Below, piece by piece: positions 48,055 to 56,352 of a DNA stretch of 64,000 nt (positions are counted from its first letter, which is position 1; every line of letters starts with the position of its first letter). A program made the translations under genes and the position numbers. Under the pieces are notes generated by a model. That model was not told the DNA's origin. It was given only the letters and a program-made list of their open reading frames with translations, and made no database searches. This DNA is from Escherichia coli. Its GTDB lineage: Bacteria; Pseudomonadota; Gammaproteobacteria; Enterobacterales; Enterobacteriaceae. The stretch lies in assembly GCF_001677475.2 (NCBI RefSeq), contig NZ_CP015229.1; one strand, 5' to 3'.

Positions 48055-51000
48055 ATGGAAGAGGCATTCTGGGCGGCAAGGCAGGGTGATGCCCTGCTGC
48101 ATACGTCGTTTATGGCAGATGTGCTGGGGGCAGTTGTAGAGGTTGCCGCCACAGCCCTGGTGGATGTTCTGGTTGTCGGAACCATGGCGGCGCTGGGCGG
48201 AGTTGAAGTGGCAACGCTGGGCTGCTCAACCATTTTAGCGATCGGTATAGCAACAGCGGTATTTATGTCGTATCAGGGCTGGAATGACCGAATCAGTAGG
48301 GAAAGTGAGCAACTGGCGAACTGGCTTTTCCCGCCTCAGATTGAAGGTTACATCCTCACCGGCTCTGGCGACACATGGATCAACAGCAAACCTGCCGCGC
48401 GGGCCGCGGCGACTGCGGCATCGCGGCAGGACATTGAGGCGCAGGAGGCGCAGGCGAAGGCGGAACAGGAAGAAGCGCAGCGTCAGGAGGATGCCAGAAC
48501 GTTCCTGGATGTGGCCGGGGAATATCTGGAAATGGCGGGGGCCATAGCCCTGGCGGTTAACCCGGTGACAGGGCCTGTGCTGATGTCCCGGGCGCTGCAC
48601 GACCAGCTCAGTACGGAAGAAGGGCGTTCTGAAATGGTGGATGGCGTGACACATTTTGTGTCGGAACTATGGCAGCCCACCGTGGCCAGTGCGGCCCCGG
48701 GCTCCACCCCGACCCCTGACGATAAAATCGACTGCCATAAACATCCCTCCTCACTGACGCAGTTTCTCGCACAAAAAAAAGCCGCCTTTCTGGATGACCC
48801 CCTGGGAACGGCCCTTAACCTGCTGAGTCCGGGCGGTATGCTGGAAACCGCCTTTCAGGGAGTGAATGCGGTTATTGGCAGCATCAGTAATCTGTTCAAA
48901 GGCGATGATGAACCGCCCGCAGCGGAATATATCGCGGAAGGCGCGCGGGATGTGCGTATCAACAGCCAGCCGGCGGCACGCAGCGGGGCACGCTGCACCT
49001 GCGAGGCCAGGGTGGTGAATGAGCCGGGGAACGGGGCGTTTGTGTCACCGGATGTCCGCATTGGCGGTCCGTTACTGGTGGTCAGGGATATCAGAAGCGG
49101 CAGGTCGCAGATAACCCTGGTGGCAACCGTGGCGCTGATGTTTCTTCGCCCGGGCAAAATGCTTTCTAAAATCGCCTGTTTTGCTGCCAGTGTCGGGATG
49201 GGGGTGATGACGCAGAAGGCCATCAGTGCCCTTCCGCATCCGGTCAATGCCGCCACCGGAGCCAAATATCTGGCCGATGACGATGATTTTGACTTCAGTC
49301 TGCCGGGCCACTTTCCGCTGGACTGGCAGCGCGTGTACAGCAGTCGTGACGACCGCACGGAAGGGATGTTCGGGCAGGGCTGGAGTGTAATGTATGAAGT
49401 CAGCCTCGAGCGCACGCCGGGTACTGCTGACGAAAACTGTATGACCTTTGTGTCGGGCATGGGACGACGTCTGGATATGGAGGCCGTGCTGCCGGGGAGC
49501 GGGTTTTACAGCCCCGGCGAAGGACTGGCAGTACGGCGGGGTGAGCAGGGGCACTGGCTTATCAGCAGCGATGACGGGCAGTTTTTTCTGTTTGAGGCCG
49601 ACCCGCGTCACCCGCAGCGCCAGCGGCTGAAAATGCTGGGCGACCGCAACAGCAACTGTCTGAATCTGTACTACGACGAGCTGGGGCGCATCACGCAAAT
49701 CAGCGGTGAACAGCAGCGTCCGTGCATCCGTCTGCATTATGAACTGGCGGCGCATCCCCGGCGGGTGACACAGATTTATCAGCATTTCCCTGAGATGGCT
49801 CCTTTACTGCTGCGTCGTTACCGCTATGACGAGGCCGGCGACCTGAACGGCGTGTACGACAGCACGGGGCACCTGCTGCGCGAGTTTGCTTACGACGAAA
49901 ACCACTGCATGACCCTGCACCGCCAGCCGGGCGGCGAAGGGTATTATTACCAGTGGGGCTGGTATGAAGGCCCGGATGACGCAGCGTGGCGGGTGACGGG
50001 GCACCACACGGACAGCGGTGAACAGTACCGGCTGGCGTGGAGCCTGGCGGCACGCAGGCTGTGCGTGACGGACGGGCTGGGGCGCACGCGTTATCATCAG
50101 TGGGACGCGCAAAATCAGGTGACGGCGTACCAGGACGAAGCCGGGCAGGTGACGACGTTCCGCTGGAGCGACGAAGAACGGCTGTTACTGGGAATGACCG
50201 ATGCGCAGGGCGGCAAATGGCGCTATGTGTATGACCGGCAGGGGCATATCACGGAGACGCACGACCCGCTGGGGCGGGTGGCACAGACACAGTGGCACCC
50301 GGTGTGGCACCAGCCGGAAACGGAGGTGGACGCGGCGGGGAACAGCTGGTGCTGTGAGTACGATGAACGCGGCAATCTTCTTGCGGTGACCGACCCGCTG
50401 CAGCAGAACACCCGGTATCAGTATGACCGCCACGGCCAGGTGGTGCAGATAACGGATGCGCGCGGGGGGAATAAATACCTTCAGTGGAACGAAGACGGGC
50501 AGCTCATGCGGCACACGGACTGTTCCGGCTCGCAGACGGCCTGGTTCTACGACGAACGCACGCGGCTGATACGGATGACAGACGCGCAGAGCCACAGCAC
50601 GCGCTACGGGTATGACGACAGCGGCCACCTGACGGAGGTGATACTGGCGGACGGCCGCACGGTGAATTACCAGTCGGACGCGGCGGGCAGGCTGGTGAAG
50701 TACACCAGCCCGATGGGGAGGATAACGCGCTGGCAGCGGGACGGGCAGGGCCGGGTGCGCAGCCGGACAGACGCGACGGGGCGCAGGACGGCGTTCGGGT
50801 ACGATGCCTACGGGCGTCTGGTCACGCTCACGAACGAGAACGGAGAAAGCTACCGGTTCCGCCATGACGTGCTGGACCGTCTGGCGGAGCAGATAAATCC
50901 GGACGGCTGCCGCCAGACGTACCGCTACAACGCGCTGAACGCGGTCACGGAAGTGGTGTTCACCGGGGACCGGGGCGGTGAAATCCGCCACCGGCTGGCA

Positions 51001-52737
51001 CGTGATGCGGCGGGCCGGCTCACGGCAAAGGAGACAGCCGATGGCCATACGGAATACGTCCATGATGCGGCAGACCAGCTACTGGAAATCCGCCGCCGAC
51101 GGTCGGATGCCGGGGAAACAGACGCACCGGAGATTATCCGTTTCAGTTACGACAGACTGGGGCGGATGCTGACCGAGGAGACGGCGCAGGGCGTCCTGAC
51201 CCATCAGTACGATGAACTCAGCAACCGGACAGCCACCACCTTTCCGGATGGCAGAACGCAGCGTCATCTGTACTACGGCAGCGGCCATCTCCAGCAGATA
51301 AATCTGGACCGGGAGGTCATCAGCGAGTTCACACGTGACGCCCTGCACCGGGAAGTGCTCAGAAGTCAGGGGCGACTGAGCACGCGGCAGCTTTATGACC
51401 CCGCCGGGCGGCTGAAGCGCAGGGAGACATACAGCGGGATGCGCGGGGTGGTACCGGAGACGTTCACGGACCGGCAGTACAGCTACAGCGGCGAGGATGA
51501 ATTGCTGAAGACGCGGCACAGCCGGCGGGGGGAAACGGATTACTTCTACGACCCCACGGGGCGCATCACGGCGTGCCGCTCGGAGGATGAGAGGTATCTG
51601 GCGAGCTGGCAGTACGACGCGGCGGGAAACCTGCTGGGGAGGCGCGCGGGGGAAAGGGCCACGGCAGAAAACAGCGTGGTGCCGTTCAACCGGCTGATGT
51701 CTTACCGTGGTGTGCACTACCGTTATGACGAATTTGGCCGGACGGTGGAAAAGGAGGGCCGGAGCGGCACGCAGAGTTACCGTTATGATGCGGAACACCG
51801 GATGGTGGAAGTGACGACAGCGCGGGGGACATACCGGTATGTGTACGATGCGCTGGGGAGGCGGACGGAAAAACAGCACATCAGCCCTGACGGTAAACCG
51901 TACAACCGGACGACATTTTTATGGGACGGAATGCGGCTGGCGCAGGAGAGCAGGCCGGAGGGAATAAGCAGCCTGTATATCTACAGCGACCCGGGGAGTT
52001 ATGAACCGCTGGCGCGGGTGGATAAGGCGGGCAAAGAGGGCCCGAACCGGATACTGTATTTTCACACGGATGTGAACGGTGCGCCGGAAGAGATGACGGA
52101 CAGTGACGGGAAAATCGTGTGGGAGACGGGGTATCAGGTCTGGGGTAACACGATACAGGAGAAGGACCACGGCGGGGTGGAGCAGAACCTGCGCTACCAG
52201 GGACAGTACCTCGACAGGGAAACGGGGCTGCATTACAATCTGCACAGGTACTATGATCCGGATGTCGGGCGGTTCATGGTAACGGACCCGATAGGGCTGG
52301 CGGGGGGACTGAATCTTTACCAATACTCACCGAATCCAATAAGTTGGATCGACCCGCTGGGATTAACAGGGGAGTGGGTTAATCCCAAAGATATTAATTT
52401 TTCTCAAAGAACAATATCACCTCATGATTATGCCGATATTATGCGTAATGGTGGTTGGGATTGGGACAGGTCTCCATTAAGAGTAATTGATATTGATGGG
52501 CAATTAGTTTCTTATGATAATAGGCGATTAGACGCAGCTCTAGAGGCCGGATTAGATAAGGTTAAAGTCATTAGAGTTGACCCTAATGCTCCTCATCCTG
52601 ACTCATCTACTGGAAAAACATGGTTACAAAAATTCCGAGAGAGATTTAGAGATCGAAGAAATATAAAGGCCGGTGGAATAGTACCAGATAAAGGATTAAA
52701 TTCTCGACCGGAAAGAACATCAAGAGGTTGCAAATGA
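48055..52737 (+). CDS. Full-length prePAAR/PAAR-Rhs (YD-repeat) polymorphic toxin with C-terminal ParB/Srx-like toxin tip
   Basis: 1560 aa. The AARQGDALLH prePAAR motif lies at 48073-48102. Two hydrophobic TM regions flank PAAR-like segments. A long GC-rich YD-repeat core follows. The core-end motif PNPISWIDPLGL has DPLGL at 52351-52365. An AT-rich 123-aa tip follows. Confidence 0.93.
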   Translation: MEEAFWAARQGDALLHTSFMADVLGAVVEVAATALVDVLVVGTMAALGGVEVATLGCSTILAIGIATAVFMSYQGWNDRISRESEQLANWLFPPQIEGYILTGSGDTWINSKPAARAAATAASRQDIEAQEAQAKAEQEEAQRQEDARTFLDVAGEYLEMAGAIALAVNPVTGPVLMSRALHDQLSTEEGRSEMVDGVTHFVSELWQPTVASAAPGSTPTPDDKIDCHKHPSSLTQFLAQKKAAFLDDPLGTALNLLSPGGMLETAFQGVNAVIGSISNLFKGDDEPPAAEYIAEGARDVRINSQPAARSGARCTCEARVVNEPGNGAFVSPDVRIGGPLLVVRDIRSGRSQITLVATVALMFLRPGKMLSKIACFAASVGMGVMTQKAISALPHPVNAATGAKYLADDDDFDFSLPGHFPLDWQRVYSSRDDRTEGMFGQGWSVMYEVSLERTPGTADENCMTFVSGMGRRLDMEAVLPGSGFYSPGEGLAVRRGEQGHWLISSDDGQFFLFEADPRHPQRQRLKMLGDRNSNCLNLYYDELGRITQISGEQQRPCIRLHYELAAHPRRVTQIYQHFPEMAPLLLRRYRYDEAGDLNGVYDSTGHLLREFAYDENHCMTLHRQPGGEGYYYQWGWYEGPDDAAWRVTGHHTDSGEQYRLAWSLAARRLCVTDGLGRTRYHQWDAQNQVTAYQDEAGQVTTFRWSDEERLLLGMTDAQGGKWRYVYDRQGHITETHDPLGRVAQTQWHPVWHQPETEVDAAGNSWCCEYDERGNLLAVTDPLQQNTRYQYDRHGQVVQITDARGGNKYLQWNEDGQLMRHTDCSGSQTAWFYDERTRLIRMTDAQSHSTRYGYDDSGHLTEVILADGRTVNYQSDAAGRLVKYTSPMGRITRWQRDGQGRVRSRTDATGRRTAFGYDAYGRLVTLTNENGESYRFRHDVLDRLAEQINPDGCRQTYRYNALNAVTEVVFTGDRGGEIRHRLARDAAGRLTAKETADGHTEYVHDAADQLLEIRRRRSDAGETDAPEIIRFSYDRLGRMLTEETAQGVLTHQYDELSNRTATTFPDGRTQRHLYYGSGHLQQINLDREVISEFTRDALHREVLRSQGRLSTRQLYDPAGRLKRRETYSGMRGVVPETFTDRQYSYSGEDELLKTRHSRRGETDYFYDPTGRITACRSEDERYLASWQYDAAGNLLGRRAGERATAENSVVPFNRLMSYRGVHYRYDEFGRTVEKEGRSGTQSYRYDAEHRMVEVTTARGTYRYVYDALGRRTEKQHISPDGKPYNRTTFLWDGMRLAQESRPEGISSLYIYSDPGSYEPLARVDKAGKEGPNRILYFHTDVNGAPEEMTDSDGKIVWETGYQVWGNTIQEKDHGGVEQNLRYQGQYLDRETGLHYNLHRYYDPDVGRFMVTDPIGLAGGLNLYQYSPNPISWIDPLGLTGEWVNPKDINFSQRTISPHDYADIMRNGGWDWDRSPLRVIDIDGQLVSYDNRRLDAALEAGLDKVKVIRVDPNAPHPDSSTGKTWLQKFRERFRDRRNIKAGGIVPDKGLNSRPERTSRGCK
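50912..52299 (+). repeat. 1388-bp direct repeat, copy A (rhs core 3' part)
   Basis: Aligns without indels to 60705-62092 at a constant offset of 9793 nt. Only four amino-acid differences separate the translated copies. Confidence 0.9.
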
Positions 52738-53168
52738 AAAATATTATTCAGTTATGGGAAGATGGTTTATTACCGATAAAAGATGCTATTTACTTTTCTA
52801 ACGGTGAATCTTTCCTTTGTAAAATAACATCTTACCCTACTCCTTGTATTGAGAAAAATGGTGAGTTTGATTTCTCTGCCTTTTATGAAAAAAATAAAGA
52901 TGAAGTTACTGATATTGATAAGTCTAGAGAAGTTAAATTAGCGAATAATTGCTATTGTTGCATTGGAGAAGGTAGTTATGGTTCTGAAGGATTTATCGCA
53001 TATCTCGATGAAAATAAAAACTTAGTTTGGGTTCTTTATTCCGAAGAATCTAATCCATTTATTAATATAACTGAATATACATCTGATATTATTATAGTAG
53101 AATCAAGTTCTAATATTAGACTAAGAATAAATATAAACAATCCAGTGGATTTAGAATTGGCATTTTAA
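52734..53168 (+). CDS. Cognate Rhs immunity protein (RhsI), family unknown
   Basis: 144 aa. Its ATG overlaps the rhs stop (ATGA at 52734-52737) and an SD aagagg lies upstream. AT-rich like the toxin tip. Confidence 0.75.
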   Translation: MKNIIQLWEDGLLPIKDAIYFSNGESFLCKITSYPTPCIEKNGEFDFSAFYEKNKDEVTDIDKSREVKLANNCYCCIGEGSYGSEGFIAYLDENKNLVWVLYSEESNPFINITEYTSDIIIVESSSNIRLRININNPVDLELAF

Positions 53169-53170
53169 AT

Positions 53171-53208
53171 AAAAAGCCGGGTGAAATTAAATCTTCCCGG
53201 CTTTTTTA
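53171..53208. terminator. Cassette hairpin H1 (bidirectional terminator shared by rhsI and the symE-like gene)
   Basis: aaaaaGCCGGGtgaaattaaatcttCCCGGCtttttt. Confidence 0.75.
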
Positions 53209-53212
53209 TTAT

Positions 53213-53542
53213 TTAACTCTCGTTCAGCACACTAAACATCCCGTTCCGCATCCCCTTAACCACCTGTTTAACCTGATAAAGTTCTTCCCGCAGCTCCTGC
53301 ACCTCGTCACTGTCAGCGATGATGGTCAGGTACCCCTCCGAAATCTTCACCGTGACACCCCGCCCGGTATCAAATCCCGCCTCAGCCAGCCAGTCGCCCT
53401 TGAGGTGCAGGCTGGGATGTTGTGAATAATACCGGGCTATACCTGTTGTGCGGTCCTGGTGGCGGGTTCTGACATAGCCGACTTTATAGCGGCGCTGGGT
53501 TTTGGAAATGGTGACTTCTGGCGTAATATCGTGTTCAGCCAT
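53213..53542 (-). CDS. SymE-family (AbrB/SpoVT-fold, type I toxin-like) protein, intact copy
   Basis: 109 aa. The segment HLKGDWLAEAGFDTGRGVTVKISEGYLTII aligns with remembered K-12 SymE [32 protein letters not shown]. An SD aggag lies 7 nt before the ATG. Confidence 0.75.
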   Translation of the reverse strand: MAEHDITPEVTISKTQRRYKVGYVRTRHQDRTTGIARYYSQHPSLHLKGDWLAEAGFDTGRGVTVKISEGYLTIIADSDEVQELREELYQVKQVVKGMRNGMFSVLNES

Positions 53543-53616
53543 GATTAACTACTCCTGTTAGTTGCTTGTGGTGAGCGGCTGTTACAGGCGGCAACCTGTA
53601 GCAGTCGCGTTAAATA

Positions 53617-53760
53617 TCAACGCATTACCTTCATTACCTGCTTCATCTTCTCCTGGGTGATCGCCATATCCAGAATACGGCAGATCACTTCCTGATCGTC
53701 TGCTTTAAGCTCATCAACCTGCTTACACAGTTCTTTTAACCGCTTGTTTTTTATATCGAA
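53617..53760 (-). pseudogene. 3' fragment of an unknown gene upstream of symE-like copy 1, apparently cut by the GC-rich fragment
   Basis: The minus frame reads ..DIKNKRLKELCKQVDELKADDQEVICRILDMAITQEKMKQVMKVMR* (stop at 53617-53619). There is no start codon. AT-rich sequence ends abruptly at about 53760. Confidence 0.3.
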
Positions 53761-54861
53761 AACATCGCGGAAGAAGAAGGTGTGCGCCAGGCGGCCTACG
53801 CGCTCAAGCTGTTGCAGTCGGACGGGGAACTGACCATCGCCAGTACGGGCAAGGATGACGCCAGCGGTAACCTGGTCACCAAACAGTATACGGTGAAAGG
53901 CCCGGTGATGCTGATGCTGACCACCACCGCCATCGATGTTGACGAGGAGTTACTCAACCGCTGTCTGGTGCTGACGGTGAACGAATCGCGGGAACAGACG
54001 GAAGCTATCCACGCGGCGCAGCGTTACGCGCAGACGCTGGAAGGACTGCTGGCGGCTAACGAAAAAAGTTACATCACGCAGCTTCACCAGAACGCGCAGC
54101 GGCTGCTGCGCCCGCTCAACGTGGTGAACCCGTTCGCCTCGCAGCTCACGTTCATGAGCGACAAAACCCGCACCCGGCGCGACCACATGAAATACCTGAC
54201 GCTGATCCAGGCGATCGCCCTGCTGCACCAGTACCAGCGGGAGATCAAGCGCGTGGAGCATCGCGGGCAGGTGGTGGAGTACATCGAGGTCACGCGGGAG
54301 GACATCGCCCTGGCGAACCGCCTGGCACATGAAATACTCGGGCGCACCCTGGATGAAATGCCGCCGCAGACGCGCAAACTGTTAACCCTGATCCAGCAAT
54401 GGGTGAGCGACAGCGGTCAGGCGCGTGAGGCGATGCGGTTCACCCGTAAACAACTGCGTGACGCGGTACAGTGGGGCGACACGCAGCTCAAGATCCACCT
54501 GGCGCGGCTGGTCGAAATGGAATATCTGCTGGTCCACCGTCTCGGGCTGACGTTCTGCTATGAACTGCTGTTCGACGGGGACGGCAGCGCAGACACCGCG
54601 CACCTGTGCGGGCTGATCGACGTACCGGAACCACCGTATGACGTCGCCCGGTCGGGGGAAACGGTGAAGCAGCTGGCCTCTGGTCGGGCAGTGGTCGGCG
54701 GTCAGTCGGGTAAGGAAAAAACCGCCTCAGACCAGACACCACGAGGCTTACAGGCCGGAGCGGTCGGGGCAGAGGAAAAAGCCCTGTTCCGGCAGAACGC
54801 AAAAAAACCGTCCCGCAATCATACTGCGGCCCGTCCGGGCCGGAGCAACACGGAAGCATAA
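53761..54861 (+). pseudogene. 5'-truncated gene of a GC-rich mobile element (large conserved protein, function not assignable here)
   Basis: The ORF reading ..IAEEEGVRQAAYALKLLQSDGELTIASTGKD... has no plausible native start. Composition changes sharply at about 53760. It is followed by a tyrosine recombinase gene. Confidence 0.55.
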
Positions 54862-54895
54862 GTACGACTTCATCCGGTCGGGGCAACGGCTGCAA

Positions 54896-54939
54896 TAGTC
54901 GGCCCCTGGTCGGCAGTCAGTCGGCGGGTAGTCGGGGTG
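54896..54939. repeat. Four tandem 11-bp iteron-like repeats containing GTCGG
   Basis: tagtcggcccc / tggtcggcagt / cagtcggcggg / tagtcggggtg. A fifth GTCGG lies at 54877-54881. The repeats lie between the truncated gene and the recombinase gene. Confidence 0.7.
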
Positions 54940-55065
54940 CGTAAAACCCCCGCAGGCCGCGCCCGGCAAGGTTCAGGCCATGAAGCGGTCGGCCTGCCTG
55001 AAAATCACTGTTCCATCCTCTGTTCTTCTCTCTGTCGTACCGTAATCTCAATCAGGACAATCATC

Positions 55066-56095
55066 ATGACAAAACCCATCCCTCCGGGGCCGGAGGAACT
55101 TTACCTCAGCCGCCAGAACCTGACGCAGCGCCAGTATGTGGTGGTGTGGCTGGAATACCTGACGGCACAGAACTACAGCGCGATCAGCGTAAGCGACTAT
55201 CGCGAACGGGTGTTACCGTTCGTGACATGGTGTGAGGAGCGCGGGCTGATGTACGCGCCGCAGGTCAGCCAGCCGCAGCTTGAAAGCTATCAGCGCCACC
55301 TTCACGGCTACCGTAAGGCGGACGGCCATCCGCTGGCGGTCAGCGGTCAGGTGGGCCGGATAAGCGCGATAAAAATCTTTTACCGCTGGCTGCTGAAGCG
55401 GCATGTGATCCTGTACAACCCCGCCGATCTGCTGGAACTGCCAAAGCCGGACAAACGGCTTCCGGCGCAGGTGTTCAGTAAGGGCGAGACGCGGCAGGTG
55501 TTACAGAGCCTTGATATCAACACGCCCGTTGGCCTGCGCAACCGGACAATCCTTGAGGTGCTGTGGAGTACCGGGATCAGGCGGATGGAGCTGGCCAGCC
55601 TGATGTTGTGGGATGTTGACACCGGGCGCGGTGTGGTTAACGTGCGGCAGGGTAAGGGGCGTAAGGATCGGGTGGTTCCGGTGGGCCATGTGGCGCTGGG
55701 ATGGCTGGCAAGACGTGCGACCACAGATGACGCGCCAGCGCGACAGTGGTCATCTGTTCGTGACGAAATACGGCAGCGGGATGAAACGCAACACGCTGAC
55801 GGCGATGGCAGGCACCGCGATCCGGGAAACGGCACGGATCGACAAACCGGGCGCGTGCCATATCTTCCGGCACTCGATGGCGACGCAGATGCTGGACAAT
55901 GGCGCAGACACGCGGCATATCCAGGCGATCCTCGGCCATGAGAAGCTGGAGACGACGCAGATCTACACGAAGGTGGCCATAAAGCCGTTGCAGAAGGTTC
56001 ATGCGCGGACGCACCCGGCAGAGAAGCGGCGAAGGGAAAAGCGCGTGCAGCAGCCGGACGAGGCCACCGTATCGCCGGACAGCCTGAAAAGTTAG
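55066..56095 (+). pseudogene. Tyrosine recombinase (XerC/D-like integrase), frameshifted
   Basis: MTKPIPPG...TGIRRMELASL...[12 protein letters not shown] is in one frame. After about 55710 the homology continues in the +1 frame ([36 protein letters not shown]). The catalytic Arg is therefore separated from the HxxR and Tyr residues. Confidence 0.8.
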
Positions 56096-56260
56096 GTGGC
56101 GATCCCTGTAAGGCCGTGGGGTGCGGTGCAGGGCAGACAACCGCCTTCCCTGGCGGTTGACTGCCCCCTGCCAGCGGCGTGCGCGGGGGTAAATGCCGTC
56201 CGCCCCGTGGAGGCAGCCGCGCCCCATGCGACCATGCAGCACGGGGCAAACGTCATTCAA

Positions 56261-56352
56261 CATAATGCGGATTATGCGCACTCTCGCCGGTCGGCAATGA
56301 CGGCGAACCCGATCCGCTGTGCGCGGCTCGTGTTCGCACAATCCGCATTATG
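56261..56352. repeat. Imperfect 20-bp inverted repeat with a 52-bp spacer
   Basis: cataatgcggattatgcgca (56261-56280) against the reverse complement of ttcgcacaatccgcattatg (56333-56352). 18/20 positions match, including 13 contiguous. Confidence 0.7.

Noticed and set aside
50185-51879. Long minus-strand ORFs (292 and 266 aa, plus the duplicate at 60872-61672) inside the rhs core
   Set aside because: They are antisense shadows of the GC-rich YD-repeat coding frame. Their products are Arg/Pro/His-rich and low-complexity. They are duplicated only because the core itself is duplicated.
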